A stretch of DNA of 64,000 nt from Candidatus Nanoarchaeia archaeon (GCA_036514715.1 DATBWR010000011.1:48102-112101), one strand, 5' to 3'. Counted from the first letter of the stretch, positions 45,086 through 55,938 are shown. A program made the numbers and translations. The notes: generated from the letters alone by a model not told the origin.

Positions 45086-46327
45086 AAAGACACCCAAGGC
45101 AACAATCACCCAAAATTCCATACTTAAGTCGTTCTTAAAATAAGGTACATCCACTAAACCGTGGACCAAAATTGCCACTAAAGAAGCAGCTAGTCCGAAA
45201 GTCAAGAAATTAGCTTTCGGCGGTCTAATCAAGTCAAAAAACAGCCAAAGCACAAGGCTAACAAACGAAAGTAACCCGAACAATCCCGTCTCAATCCAAA
45301 AATTTAAGACTAGGTTGTGGGGGTACTGCAAGTCCTCAGAGCTGCAGGTTCGATACTCATTATCCAAAAGGTGGTAACCGTTTAAGCCGGCCCCAAAAAT
45401 AGGCCTATCCTCAATCAATTTAACTGCTCCCTCCCACAAACACAGGCGTTGGTGAATAGTTTTTTCTTGAAAATTAAATCTAAAAAATTCCCCAATATTA
45501 GCAAGTAAAATAATGTTTAAAACGACGGCCAAACCTAAAAAAATGAGCAAAATTTTAGAAAAAAGCGGGAATAAATCACTTTTTAATTTTTTAATAATTA
45601 ATAAGCAGCCTAAAAAACTTGCTGCAGCTAAAACTCCAAGCCAAGCGCCTCGGGAACCACTCACCCACAAACCAGCCAGTAGAAGTAAGAAGTACGAAGC
45701 AAGAAGTAAAAAGTTTTTTGGGTTTCTTTTTTTGTCCGACCAAAAATTCAACATGTAACCTGCTGTTAAGAAAACAAGCGGCCCAAGAAATAAGCCAACT
45801 GCGTTGGAGGTAGTGTAAAAAGCACTGACTCTCCCCCGCTCAAGAAACTCTAGCGGGTTGCCAGGGTTAAAACTAGTTAGCTTCTCAAAAATAGCAAAAG
45901 CTGCCACAATAACACCTGAGGTCAACAAGGGTAAAACAACTCCCCAAACGTTCTTAGTCGCTCTTAAATAATCTAAAACAACAATAAAAATTAAAACCGG
46001 CTCAATAAAATAGGCTTTGTAAATACCTAAAGCGCCAATTTTATCCGGTGAGACTAAAACGCTGATACCTGAAAAAAATATCAATGAGCCAGTTACTATT
46101 TGGTATTTTTTTGGTATTAGCACCTTCAGGTCTGCAATTAACTTTTCGAACGAACCTGTCTGCCTCAATTTCACAAACAGCCAAGCAAAAAAAGTTGTCA
46201 GTATCAAAACTTCCAGCAGAGTGAAAGGAACAGGCGAAACACACCACTCAAAGCTCTTACAACGGATTAAATACGCTGGCAATGCTGCTAAAGTGAGGAA
46301 AATTAACCAAGAGACAAGCTTATTCAT
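45044..46327 (-). CDS. O-antigen ligase/polymerase-like polytopic membrane protein
   Basis: About 12 TM helices with a large loop. Overlaps the downstream flippase gene in an operon. Confidence 0.45.
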   Translation of the reverse strand: MNKLVSWLIFLTLAALPAYLIRCKSFEWCVSPVPFTLLEVLILTTFFAWLFVKLRQTGSFEKLIADLKVLIPKKYQIVTGSLIFFSGISVLVSPDKIGALGIYKAYFIEPVLIFIVVLDYLRATKNVWGVVLPLLTSGVIVAAFAIFEKLTSFNPGNPLEFLERGRVSAFYTTSNAVGLFLGPLVFLTAGYMLNFWSDKKRNPKNFLLLASYFLLLLAGLWVSGSRGAWLGVLAAASFLGCLLIIKKLKSDLFPLFSKILLIFLGLAVVLNIILLANIGEFFRFNFQEKTIHQRLCLWEGAVKLIEDRPIFGAGLNGYHLLDNEYRTCSSEDLQYPHNLVLNFWIETGLFGLLSFVSLVLWLFFDLIRPPKANFLTFGLAASLVAILVHGLVDVPYFKNDLSMEFWVIVALGVFLTSLNRDSNSEVS

Positions 46328-47594
46328 CAGAAGCTTTACGGCCTAGTAGATCTAAATCGATTTCTGTAAGCAACAATAAAGCAAGGAAAATAACTAGTTC
46401 AGTTACCACTGTGATCGCCGCAGCGGCATTAAAACCAAACTTAGGAATTAAAATTAGGTTCAAAACTAGATTGAGGAGAACCGCAAAACCGTAAACAAAG
46501 GGCAAAAAGATTTCTTTATTCAAAGTTACTACGGTCCAGACAAGAAGCGAGGTGACAAAAAAAATCGGCAAACCAAGAAGGAGGATGCGCAGCGTCAATA
46601 TAGCTTCAGAATAATCTCCGAAGAAGCTAACCGTGTAGGGTGCCAAAAACCAGCCCACCAAGGTTCCTACCACTCCAAAAGCAAAGAGTTTTTGCCCTAC
46701 ACTGCGCACGTCCTCAGAAAACTTTATTTTGTTGTCTTTATGAGAGCTCAACATTGCTGGGTAAGCAGCGTTGACCAGATAAGTAGGCAGAGCAATGGCA
46801 AAGTCGAAAATTCGGTAGGCTAAACCGTAAATACCTACGGCAACAGCTGCACTCATACCTCCAATTTCTTGATAATTACTGAGAGCAATAATCTGTTTAT
46901 CGACGTTCGCGTTAATTTGACTAAAAACTATCATTAAACCCAAAGGAAAGCTTGCTAAGAGCAGAGACTTCCAAAGGCTAAAATCAAACCCGAAACCTCT
47001 AATTTTAAATAATCTTTGAGCTAAATAAAGACCAAGAGCTGCCTTGGCAAGGTTGCCTAATAAGAAAACGGTCACTATCCACAAAATTCCCCCTCCCAAA
47101 AACACCGCCAGGAAGACAAGCAGTAAAGTGGTTATACTTCCAACTATCTCGCTGAGAGCGTATTGGTCCCACCGGAGTTTGGTTTGGAAGATAGCGGTAG
47201 CAGTGTTAAATAGAGCCTGAAGGAGAATTAAAAAGACCCCAACAATTATTCCGAGCTTCACAGTTTGGGAATGTGGGAGAAAAGAAAGTACAGCCAGAGC
47301 TAAGAAAATACTTATTAAACTTAGAACTAACCTCAAGCCAAATAACTCTTTAAAGTAATCGCTAGCTTTTTCTTCGTCAGCAACTGCCTTTTTAACCACA
47401 ATACCGTTTAAGCCAAAATCAGCAAGGAGGGAAAATAGAGCAAGATAGGCAGTTATAGTCACAAAATCACCCCAAACTTCCTTGGAAAGGTTTTGGGTAA
47501 TGAGAAAAGTGACGATTAAAACTGAAACTGTGGAAACTAAACGACTAAAAAGTTGGGCTCCGCTATTGAAAATAAGTTTAAAATCAAAATTCAT
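46320..47594 (-). CDS. polysaccharide biosynthesis flippase (Wzx/MOP superfamily)
   Basis: 12-14 TM helices, N-terminal pattern typical of Wzx-type oligosaccharide flippases. Confidence 0.6.
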   Translation of the reverse strand: MNFDFKLIFNSGAQLFSRLVSTVSVLIVTFLITQNLSKEVWGDFVTITAYLALFSLLADFGLNGIVVKKAVADEEKASDYFKELFGLRLVLSLISIFLALAVLSFLPHSQTVKLGIIVGVFLILLQALFNTATAIFQTKLRWDQYALSEIVGSITTLLLVFLAVFLGGGILWIVTVFLLGNLAKAALGLYLAQRLFKIRGFGFDFSLWKSLLLASFPLGLMIVFSQINANVDKQIIALSNYQEIGGMSAAVAVGIYGLAYRIFDFAIALPTYLVNAAYPAMLSSHKDNKIKFSEDVRSVGQKLFAFGVVGTLVGWFLAPYTVSFFGDYSEAILTLRILLLGLPIFFVTSLLVWTVVTLNKEIFLPFVYGFAVLLNLVLNLILIPKFGFNAAAAITVVTELVIFLALLLLTEIDLDLLGRKASDE

Positions 47595-48619
47595 TTAAAA
47601 ACTACCTTCTCGGAAAGTCTGCCCTTAACGATTTCGCCAATAACGTAAACCCTCTCTCCTCGCCCTGATAGGAAATTTATAATTTTATCAATTATTTTAT
47701 TGCTTGCGATGCCGATCATTCCTAACCCCATATTAAAAGTGTTTCTCATCTCCCGATCGCTAACCCCACCTCTTGTTTGCATTTCTTGAAAAATGTCAAG
47801 AGGCGGCCAACTATCCTTTTTCACTTGCGCTGCTAGACCATCTGGAATGATCTTACCAAGCTTTCCCACAATTCCACCACCCGTAATATGAGCCCATCCA
47901 TGGATATCAAAAACTTGATTGGCTTCCAAAACCGGCTTCACGTAGATCTTAGTTGGCTCAATAATTTGGGAACGGAGCTTGTAGTTTCTTTTAACGGTTT
48001 GGGGAGACAAAACTTTTCTTATTAAGGAAAAACCGTTGCTGTGAACTCCAGAAGAAGCTAAGCCAAAGATAACATCCCCTTCTTGAATTTTTTCTCCGGT
48101 TATCAACCTATTTCTCTCAAAAACACCAACCGCAAAACCAGCTAAATCGTACTCACCTTGTTCATAAAAATCCGGCATTTCAGCAGTTTCTCCTGTAGTG
48201 TAAACACAACCTGCTTGTAAACAACCAGCCACTACTCCTTCAACTACTTCGGCCATAACTTTCGGATTGATCTTACCGGTTGCACGATAGAGGGCAAAAC
48301 CTAATGGGGTAATATTGTTACGAGCCAAGTCGTTGACACACATGGCTACTACATCCACACCAACAGCTCGGTTTTCCTTCAAAGAGGAAGCGTATTTGAG
48401 TTTAGTACCAACTCCGTCGGCTGCTAAAGCCAGCATTGGCTCACGCAAACCCTTAAAATCAGCTTTTAGTCCCACAACGTGATCCACAAGGACCGCGTTT
48501 TTGTTAAAGGTCTTTGAAAGCTGTCTAAAAGCCTCAGAGCTCGCCTTATCACCGGCTTGAACGTCAACTCCAGCTGATTTGTAAGTTAGCCTCTTCATAG
48601 ATAAACCAATATATTTCAT
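47591..48619 (-). CDS. purM: phosphoribosylformylglycinamidine cyclo-ligase (AIR synthetase)
   Basis: 'YKSAGVDVQAGD', 'GVDVVAMCVNDL' and full-length PurM homology. Confidence 0.9.
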   Translation of the reverse strand: MKYIGLSMKRLTYKSAGVDVQAGDKASSEAFRQLSKTFNKNAVLVDHVVGLKADFKGLREPMLALAADGVGTKLKYASSLKENRAVGVDVVAMCVNDLARNNITPLGFALYRATGKINPKVMAEVVEGVVAGCLQAGCVYTTGETAEMPDFYEQGEYDLAGFAVGVFERNRLITGEKIQEGDVIFGLASSGVHSNGFSLIRKVLSPQTVKRNYKLRSQIIEPTKIYVKPVLEANQVFDIHGWAHITGGGIVGKLGKIIPDGLAAQVKKDSWPPLDIFQEMQTRGGVSDREMRNTFNMGLGMIGIASNKIIDKIINFLSGRGERVYVIGEIVKGRLSEKVVFK

Positions 48620-48659
48620 TCGGCGGCAAAAGAAAAGACGCTTGAAGGGTTTTCAAGCG

Positions 48660-49346
48660 TCAACGGACTGGGTATCTGTCTCTGGCTTCCTTTTTTAGGG
48701 TTTCCAGAAGCTCCCTTTCTTCTTGGGTGCGGGCTAGCTGCGACACCAGGTAGGTCTTGAGATTACCACGAGCAATCCGATGCAGGGCTTCAATCTGCAC
48801 CTCATGTTCAATGGGTAAAAGAGCCCTCGCAACCTCTTCCGGGGTCTCCCCAAGTTTCCACCAAGCTTCGTAGCGCACAAAGAGAACGTCTCCCTTATCA
48901 TACTCCTGATGGACCTTTTGGCAAAAAATAGGTATTGGCCACTTTTTACCCGTCGCCTCACAAAAACGCATGTGGGTGTAAACCCTGCGGATCCCGTACA
49001 TCCAGCGACCGCCATGACCTAGGTGCTGGTTCAGGCCATTGTAGCGAAGTATGACCTCTTTTGGAGTCTGGGGCATCCAACCCAGCTGGTGAAAGTAGTC
49101 AAGCTCGTAACGGCCAAAAATCCTCAATAGCTGGCTGGTTAAGTCTCCCTCAGGGTCAGCAACGTATGTATCTTCTTTGGGAAAACCCCTCTCAACGATC
49201 AGGTCCAAACCACCTTTTTCCGGAGCGCTAGTCACGACTGCCACAGTTTTGACAAGCCCGTGAAGTAGTTGACCAGGCTGCTGGGCTTCCCAAACTGCAG
49301 CGCTGGTTGATCCTCCACCAGAAATGAGGTGGATAGTTTCTATCAT
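48660..49346 (-). CDS. formyltransferase-family protein (PurN-like GAR transformylase, divergent)
   Basis: N-terminal 'IHLISGGGS' and conserved N..H / H..D.G positions, but the canonical 'NIHPSLLP' is degenerate. Confidence 0.55.
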   Translation of the reverse strand: MIETIHLISGGGSTSAAVWEAQQPGQLLHGLVKTVAVVTSAPEKGGLDLIVERGFPKEDTYVADPEGDLTSQLLRIFGRYELDYFHQLGWMPQTPKEVILRYNGLNQHLGHGGRWMYGIRRVYTHMRFCEATGKKWPIPIFCQKVHQEYDKGDVLFVRYEAWWKLGETPEEVARALLPIEHEVQIEALHRIARGNLKTYLVSQLARTQEERELLETLKKEARDRYPVR

Positions 49347-49438
49347 GATCTGTCTCCTTAAATTACTTGATCTAGCTTAACAAACTACCCAACAAAAGAA
49401 AAGACACCTTACACTATGTTAGAATGTTGCTCCAAAGT

Positions 49439-49515
49439 GGGCATTTAGCTCAGTTGGTTAGAGCGTTGCATTCACATTGCAAAGGTCGCTGGTTCGAATC
49501 CAGCAATGCCCACCA
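49439..49515 (+). tRNA. tRNA-Val (anticodon CAC), CCA encoded
   Basis: Acceptor GGGCATT/AATGCCC, anticodon stem TTGCA/TGCAA with loop TTCACAT, T-arm GCTGG-TTCGAAT-CCAGC. Confidence 0.85.
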
Positions 49516-49580
49516 TTTACACTCCTTGCGCGCAACGAAGCTGGTCAGTATAATTAAACTTGTCTTTTTTTACGCTTACT

Positions 49581-50159
49581 ATGCTAGAAGAAAAAACTTC
49601 GTTTTGGGCACTGGTTATTGATGTTGTCGAAACCGTCGTCGTCGCGGCGGCGATTTTTGTGGTGGTTTATCTTTTCCTTTTGCAACCCCACCAAGTAAAA
49701 GGTGCTTCAATGAAACCAAATTTCCACGATGGGGAATACATTTTAACTGATAAGGTTTCTTACCGTTTTTCCGAACCCCAAAGGGGTGACGTGATTATTT
49801 TTAAATCGCCAACTGACCCGGATGTAGATTTTATCAAAAGAATAATTGCCTTACCAGGAGAGAGGGTTAAAATTGCCGGCGGTAAAGTAACTATCTTTAA
49901 CGACCAAAACCCAAACGGCCTAACTTTAAACGAACCTTACCAGACTAACGGTTCCACTTCCGCTGGAAAAGAAGCTCCTGACAACACTGAAGTAACTATT
50001 GATAAAGATGAGTATTTTGTTCTGGGAGACAATCGGGTGGAAAGTTTTGACTCTCGAAGCTGGGGGGCCCTACCTAAGAAAAACATTATCGGTAAAGCTT
50101 GGCTGCGTTACTGGCCCTTTTCTAAACTGGGCTTTGTTAAGCACTATCAGTATAAGTGA
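49581..50159 (+). CDS. lepB: signal peptidase I
   Basis: 'GASMKPNF' (Ser box), 'RVIGLPGE', 'GDNRVESFDSRSWG'. ATG at 49581; a possible TTG start at 49560 was also considered. Confidence 0.85.
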   Translation: MLEEKTSFWALVIDVVETVVVAAAIFVVVYLFLLQPHQVKGASMKPNFHDGEYILTDKVSYRFSEPQRGDVIIFKSPTDPDVDFIKRIIALPGERVKIAGGKVTIFNDQNPNGLTLNEPYQTNGSTSAGKEAPDNTEVTIDKDEYFVLGDNRVESFDSRSWGALPKKNIIGKAWLRYWPFSKLGFVKHYQYK

Positions 50160-50161
50160 GT

Positions 50162-50959
50162 CTAGACAGTTAACCTTCTGTAGATATTTGCAAGCTCCTC
50201 GTCGGTTTTGAAAATTAAAAGTAGCCTACCACCACGAGAGGATTTAAGAAGCTTAGTCTTACAACCAGTCGAAGAGGCGATTTCTTCCTCAACTCTAGCC
50301 ACATCTGGAGTGTGTTCGTACTCCCGAGCAGTTCTGGGTTTGATATCGCTTGCCGATTTAAGTCTTCTAACTAACTCCTCGGTTGAACGCACGCCTAAGT
50401 TTTCGCTTAGAATTTGCTTATAAGCTTGGAGCATGAGGTTGATATCCTCCAAACCGAGCAAGGCTTTGGCATGACCTTCGGTGATAGAGCTCGACAACAA
50501 CCCATCCTTCAAAGCATCCGGTAGTTCTAACAATCGCAAGGTGTTGGAAACGTAAGGTCCGCTTTTACCAACTCGTTGACCCACTTCAGTGGCGGTCAAC
50601 CCAAATTCATCAATGAGCCTCTTGTAGGCTTGGGAACGCTCTAGGGGGTTTAAATCCACTCTCTGCACGTTTTCTACAATCGCCATTTCCAGCATTCCTT
50701 GGGGAGTAGTCTCCCGAATGATTACCGACAGTCTGGTTAAGCCGGCAAGCTTTGCAGCTCTCCAGCGTCGCTCGCCAGCAATAATCTGATAACCAGCCGG
50801 AGTTTTGGCGACAATTAGCGGTTCGAGAACTCCGTGTTCACGGATTGATTCAGCTAGCTCTACCAAAGTATCTGGCAAAATTTGCCCACGGGGTTGGAGG
50901 GGGTTAGGCTGAAGGGCATCAATATCTAGTTCTGTAGCTTCCGTGTTCTCAACTTCCAT
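50162..50959 (-). CDS. parB: ParB/Spo0J-family chromosome partitioning protein
   Basis: 'GVLEPLIVAK..GYQIIAGERRWRAAKLAGL' ParB box plus HTH. Confidence 0.85.
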   Translation of the reverse strand: MEVENTEATELDIDALQPNPLQPRGQILPDTLVELAESIREHGVLEPLIVAKTPAGYQIIAGERRWRAAKLAGLTRLSVIIRETTPQGMLEMAIVENVQRVDLNPLERSQAYKRLIDEFGLTATEVGQRVGKSGPYVSNTLRLLELPDALKDGLLSSSITEGHAKALLGLEDINLMLQAYKQILSENLGVRSTEELVRRLKSASDIKPRTAREYEHTPDVARVEEEIASSTGCKTKLLKSSRGGRLLLIFKTDEELANIYRRLTV

Positions 50960-51222
50960 TAGGAACTTTCTGTTGGGCTCACCTCAACAAATTTCTTTCC
51001 AAGTTTGGTCTTAACGTTCAAAGTCCCGCTTACTTTAGCAAATAAGGTGTGGTCCCTACCGCGAGCAACTCCATCTCCTTCGTGAAAGTTAGTCCCTTTT
51101 TGCCGCAAAATTACCTCCCCGGCGGAAACTGACTGACCTCCAAAAATTTTGAAGCCCAGTCTCTTGCCGGCAACATTGCCACCTTGTCTTGCTTTAGAAC
51201 CACCTGCTTTTTTATGAGCCAT
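50959..51222 (-). CDS. rpmA: 50S ribosomal protein L27
   Basis: '[23 protein letters not shown]' L27 signature. Confidence 0.9.
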   Translation of the reverse strand: MAHKKAGGSKARQGGNVAGKRLGFKIFGGQSVSAGEVILRQKGTNFHEGDGVARGRDHTLFAKVSGTLNVKTKLGKKFVEVSPTESS

Positions 51223-51240
51223 TTAATTAAACAATTATTA

Positions 51241-51552
51241 TTAACTGCCGATTTTGTCTATCCGTACCACAGTTAGCTTTTGACGATGACCGGTTTTTTT
51301 GTGGTAACCGGTTTTAGCCTTGTATTTAAAAACAGAAATCTTTTTACCCTTGGCTTGATCAACTACAGTCGCCTTAACCTTGATTGGAAGTTTGTCTTTG
51401 CCAATCTCAACTTTATCACCATCTACGGCAAGTAATACCTCGTCAAACTCTACGGGTTTACCTTTTTCGACAGGTAGTTTCTCAATTTTTATTTGCTGAC
51501 CAACGGAAACTTTATACTGCTTACCGCCGGTTCTAATGACCGCGTAGTTCAC
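51241..51552 (-). CDS. rplU: 50S ribosomal protein L21
   Basis: 'YAVIRTGGKQYKVSVGQ' L21 N-terminal signature. Start set to the GTG just before it; the longer ORF to 51627 was judged unlikely. Confidence 0.75.
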   Translation of the reverse strand: MNYAVIRTGGKQYKVSVGQQIKIEKLPVEKGKPVEFDEVLLAVDGDKVEIGKDKLPIKVKATVVDQAKGKKISVFKYKAKTGYHKKTGHRQKLTVVRIDKIGS

Positions 51553-51638
51553 GAACGTAATGATATAGGCTAAACTCTTCCCTGTCAACTGGCTCTCTTT
51601 ACAAGCAGACAGTATCACACCAGCCACTAAAAACAGGC

Positions 51639-52733
51639 TTAGTTTTGATCAAAACCTCCAAACTTTTTGTGTAAATGCACTGACTCTGCTAGTGCGATCA
51701 AAATCATCATTGACACAAGAGAGCTGCCACCGAAAGAAACAAAAGGCAGGGTAATGCCGGTAATCGGCAAAAGCCCCATGTTCATACCAGCGTTAACAAA
51801 AACTTGGGAGGCAATGATAAGGCTAGCTCCGTAGCAGATAAAAGAGCCAGCCCTACTTTGAGCACTGGCCCCAATTGAAAGCAACCGCCAAATTAAAACT
51901 CCAAACAAAACTAGAATTAGTAAAACTCCTACGAACCCCAGTTCCTCTGCAGTCGTCGCAAAAATAAAATCGGTTTTTTGTTCAGGCAGAAAGTTTAGAT
52001 GGCTTTGAGTACCACGCCCAAAACCTCTGCCCAAAAACTGACCGCTGCCAACGGCAATTATTGACTGGACCAGGTTGTAACCTGATCCCAATGGATCTAC
52101 CGAAGGGTTTAAGAAACTCAGCAGTCTTTCTTTTTGATAATCCTTAAGGAGGTTAAAGATAAGAGGCAGGCTGACCAAACCAAAAGTAAGAAGAGCTAAA
52201 AAATGCCTAAATTTAATGCCTGTCACATAAATGAGACCAAGCCAAAACAAGGCCAAAATTAGCGAACTTCCCAAATCCGGTTGGACGAAAATAAATAAGG
52301 TTGGTAATAACACTAGCGCAAGCGACAAAAGTACATTACGAATTTTAGAAGGTGAAAACCTAAGAAAAAAAGCGGTCAAGGTCAAAGTTAAAACAGGCTT
52401 TGCTAGTTCAGAAGGCTGCAGAGTAAAAAACCCAAAGTCAATCCAACGAGTTGACCCGCGGGTTTCAATACCCAAAATAAAGGTAACTAAGAGTAGTAAA
52501 ACTAATAAGCTGTACAAAAACCAAGCTGAGTTTAAAAGAAAACGGTAGTTAAGAAAGATGACCAAAAATCCAAAGAATAGTCCAACCAAAATATAAACTA
52601 GCTCCCGTACGACAAAACTAAATTGATCTACTTCCCCAACTGAAGTGCTGAAAACCATAAAGACACCGATAACGGTTAGCAGAAAAGTTGAGAGCAAAAG
52701 TAACCAATCTAGGCTGAAAATAATTTTCCGCAT
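51639..52733 (-). CDS. SEDS-family peptidoglycan glycosyltransferase (RodA/FtsW)
   Basis: 10-TM SEDS topology with conserved 'GSGQFLGRGFG...Q..FLPE..TDFIFA' region. Confidence 0.85.
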   Translation of the reverse strand: MRKIIFSLDWLLLLSTFLLTVIGVFMVFSTSVGEVDQFSFVVRELVYILVGLFFGFLVIFLNYRFLLNSAWFLYSLLVLLLLVTFILGIETRGSTRWIDFGFFTLQPSELAKPVLTLTLTAFFLRFSPSKIRNVLLSLALVLLPTLFIFVQPDLGSSLILALFWLGLIYVTGIKFRHFLALLTFGLVSLPLIFNLLKDYQKERLLSFLNPSVDPLGSGYNLVQSIIAVGSGQFLGRGFGRGTQSHLNFLPEQKTDFIFATTAEELGFVGVLLILVLFGVLIWRLLSIGASAQSRAGSFICYGASLIIASQVFVNAGMNMGLLPITGITLPFVSFGGSSLVSMMILIALAESVHLHKKFGGFDQN

Positions 52734-52740
52734 GGGAGTT

Positions 52741-55602
52741 CTAGAGGCGAGTAATTTTTATTGATCCACCCTGTTTTAATTCTTTGGCTAAAGTTTCCTT
52801 TTTGATAAGTTCAGTAAAGGTAGCTGGCCATGAAGGTAGAGTAACGGAAACCGTCTCATCAAGGCGGCAGTTGGCGATCTTTCTCTCTTCCTGAACAGAA
52901 CGGATAAGTTCACGAGCCTCTCCCTCAAGTCGAAGCTGTTCGTTTAAAGTGGTATCGAGCAAGATTTTCTCCTTTAGTTTAGCATCGAAAATTATTTCTT
53001 TGACGTTAACTTCTTCGGCAAGCAAAAACTCGACTTCCTTGGAGAGCTCCTGGCCTCCATAGCTAGCCGACTGCAACGGCTGACGAACTTTGATATTCTC
53101 TAGTTTTCTTGCTGAATGCATTTTACTAGCTATTCCCATTGCCAGAGTCATCTCTTCCTCCAAATCGTTATCAATTAGGTAAGGACTTTGGGGCCAATCT
53201 TCAAGATGGACAGAAAGCCTGTCAGTTAAGTTGCGATAAATACTTTCAGTGGTGAAGGGTATAAAGGGAGCCAAAATTTTTGAAACAGTGGTGACAACTA
53301 CCCAAAGAGTTTGATAGGCATCAGACTTGTCTTTACCTTCTTTCACTGTTGGGCCAATTCGGTTGCGTATTCTGCGCACGTACCAGTTGGAAAGATCATC
53401 AACCACAAAACTTTCCGCGAGCGAGGCAGCGCGAGAGGCATCGTATTCTTCCAAAGCGGTCTTAATATTTTCAGCACAAGAAGTGAGCCGCGATAAAATC
53501 CATTTATCCAAAGTGTACTTTGGAAAAAAGCCCACTTCCTCGGGTTTCCAGCCTTCTATGCGTGCATAATTTACTAAAAAGACGTAAACGTTCCAAAGAC
53601 GCAGGTGGAAAAAACGTCGTACTTCATCAGCTACATGATACCCAAAATTAACATTATTCTCCGGGTTTGTGCGCAGATAAAGCCAACGCATCACGTCCAC
53701 GCCCATTTTTTCAGCGGCGCTGTCAAACCAAATGGCGTTGCCTTTGGATTTGTGCATTTCCTCTCCTTTTTCGTCGCGTACTTGTCCATGACCCAAGAGA
53801 GTTTTAAACGGCGCAACCTCTTCCAGAGCCACTGACATGGCAATTAAAGAGTAAAACCAGTTTTTAAATTGACCAGGAAAGGATTCGGTAATAAAATCAG
53901 CCGGAAACCACTCCTGCCAATAGGTTTTATCGTCAAAGTATTTTAAAGTCGAGAAAGGAACAATACCGGCGTCTAACCAAGGATTACCCACGTCGGCAAT
54001 TCGACTGGAAACTGCAGAGCACTTGGAACATTTGATTTTAACCTGGTCCACCCAAGGACGGTGAGGAGACTTACCTCTGAAGGTGTCGAAACCACTGACT
54101 GCCTTTTTTTCCAGTTCATCCCTAGAGCCAATAACTTCAAAATTACCACAATGCAAACACTCCCAAATCGGCAATGCCAAGCCCCAGTAACGTTTCTTGG
54201 AAATTAACCAATCATGCATATTCTCGAGCCAATCCAGCTCCCTCTCGTAACCCCATTTTGGTAGCCAATTAACTTTTTTAATCGCCTCTTTCATCAACTG
54301 CCGGTAAGTTTTACCTACTTCTGGGTCTTTTCGATCCATGGCTATGTACCACTCATCCACTAACCGCCAAACAAGCTCGGTCTTGCAACGCCAACAGGTT
54401 GGATAGCGGTGTTTGTAATTTTCGTCCCTAAAGAAAAACTTTCCGTTTTCTTGTTCTTGCAAATAGTCCAAAATAAGCTCTGGGTGTTTTTTAGCGTTCT
54501 GGCCACTAAATTCTCCAAACCCGAGAAGGTAATTTGCTTCTTCGTCGATTAATTCAATAACTGGCAAATTAAATTCTTTAGAGAGTTTAAAGTCCTCTTC
54601 ACCTGCACTAGGAGCAATATGGACGATCCCAGTACCTTCTTCCTGGGTAACTAAATCAGCCCCGTCGATAACGGTGTGTTTCTCTGCCCCTAAGGCTTTT
54701 TTAACTGCTGCCAGATGGTCAAACGGTCCTTGATAAGTAGCTTTAAGCAAATCTCTACCCTTAAAGGATTTAGTTGCCTTTAAACCTAAAGCTTTCAGCC
54801 TCTTTTTCATTACAACCAATTTTTCTTTGGTAAGCGCGTAATCTTCTTTGGGGTTAACGGCAACTGCTACGTTGCCGAGAACTGTCCAAGGGGTAGTCGT
54901 CCAAACAAGCAGAGAGTTACCTTTGAATTTGCCGCCCCTTAGGAGCAGTTTAAAAAAGACTGCTTTGTGAACTACTTCTTGATACTCTTCAGTTAAAATC
55001 TCGTGTTGGGAAATGGCAGTTCCGCAACGCGGGCACCAGGCAACTGTGTCGCGGCCTTTGTAAAGCCAACCTTTATCGTTAACAGTTTTTAAATAGTGCC
55101 AAATTGCATAATTGTTTTCATCAGAAGAAGTGTGGTAGGAATTAGCCCAATCCATAAAATAGCCTAAGCGCCTGCTCTGCTGGGTCTGGACTTGGGAATA
55201 TTTTTTAACCCTTTCTTTGCAGAGGTTGACGAACTCGGCAATTGAGGCAAAAACATCTCCGGCAACTAAGTTCTCAATATCTTTTTTAGTTTTAAGTGCC
55301 AGTTCCTTTTCGACCTCAACTTCTACCCATAACCCTTGCTCATCAAAGCCGTTTTGGAAACGCTGTCTTTTTCCCAACATGTTATTGAAGCGTTGCCAAA
55401 GATCTTTGTAAGTTCTTCCCCAAGCGTGGTGAACCCCCATTGGGTTATTGGCAGTAATTGGACCATCAATAAAAGAAAACTTCTCTTTAGAGTTTTTATT
55501 TTTAGCTAGATATTTTTTGAGAATCTGGTTTTTGTTCCAGTAGTCGAGGATTTCTCTTTCCAGTGCCGGAAAGTCGGTTTTTGGCGAAACTTCTTTAAAC
55601 AT
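52741..55602 (-). CDS. ileS: isoleucyl-tRNA synthetase, type 2 (archaeal/eukaryote-like)
   Basis: 'HHAWG' (HIGH variant), 'KSKGN' (KMSKS) and the C-terminal Zn ribbon 'CWRCKTE...CLHCGN'. Start trimmed to the Met of 'MFKEVSPKTDF'. Confidence 0.9.
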   Translation of the reverse strand: MFKEVSPKTDFPALEREILDYWNKNQILKKYLAKNKNSKEKFSFIDGPITANNPMGVHHAWGRTYKDLWQRFNNMLGKRQRFQNGFDEQGLWVEVEVEKELALKTKKDIENLVAGDVFASIAEFVNLCKERVKKYSQVQTQQSRRLGYFMDWANSYHTSSDENNYAIWHYLKTVNDKGWLYKGRDTVAWCPRCGTAISQHEILTEEYQEVVHKAVFFKLLLRGGKFKGNSLLVWTTTPWTVLGNVAVAVNPKEDYALTKEKLVVMKKRLKALGLKATKSFKGRDLLKATYQGPFDHLAAVKKALGAEKHTVIDGADLVTQEEGTGIVHIAPSAGEEDFKLSKEFNLPVIELIDEEANYLLGFGEFSGQNAKKHPELILDYLQEQENGKFFFRDENYKHRYPTCWRCKTELVWRLVDEWYIAMDRKDPEVGKTYRQLMKEAIKKVNWLPKWGYERELDWLENMHDWLISKKRYWGLALPIWECLHCGNFEVIGSRDELEKKAVSGFDTFRGKSPHRPWVDQVKIKCSKCSAVSSRIADVGNPWLDAGIVPFSTLKYFDDKTYWQEWFPADFITESFPGQFKNWFYSLIAMSVALEEVAPFKTLLGHGQVRDEKGEEMHKSKGNAIWFDSAAEKMGVDVMRWLYLRTNPENNVNFGYHVADEVRRFFHLRLWNVYVFLVNYARIEGWKPEEVGFFPKYTLDKWILSRLTSCAENIKTALEEYDASRAASLAESFVVDDLSNWYVRRIRNRIGPTVKEGKDKSDAYQTLWVVVTTVSKILAPFIPFTTESIYRNLTDRLSVHLEDWPQSPYLIDNDLEEEMTLAMGIASKMHSARKLENIKVRQPLQSASYGGQELSKEVEFLLAEEVNVKEIIFDAKLKEKILLDTTLNEQLRLEGEARELIRSVQEERKIANCRLDETVSVTLPSWPATFTELIKKETLAKELKQGGSIKITRL

Positions 55603-55680
55603 GATCAACATTCTCGCAAAAACCAAGCAAATTAACAAGACTAGGGGTTAGAGGAGGACCAAGACTATTTCTTCTCTGAA

Positions 55681-55938
55681 TCAGAAATCAAAAGTTTGTT
55701 GCTTGTCAGCCCGTGAGCGGCCTCCTTTACGCCCAATCTCTGAATAGAAAGCCTGACCGTGGCGACGGCGAACCTCTTCGCCACCTTTCTCTCCAATTCG
55801 CGAGTAGAAATCTGGACCGTAGTTTTGGCTAGTAGTCTTACCACCCTTTCGTCCGATTTCGGAGAAAAAGGAAGGCCCGTACTTCTTCTTTACCGCTAAT
55901 CCTCCTCTTCTACCTGCTTCTTTAGTGGTAATTGTCAT
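55681..55938 (-). CDS. KGG-repeat stress-induced protein
   Basis: Four repeats of 'G..FYSEIGRKGG'. Start at ATG 55938, 6 nt after GGGAGGTGAAG. Confidence 0.65.
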   Translation of the reverse strand: MTITTKEAGRRGGLAVKKKYGPSFFSEIGRKGGKTTSQNYGPDFYSRIGEKGGEEVRRRHGQAFYSEIGRKGGRSRADKQQTFDF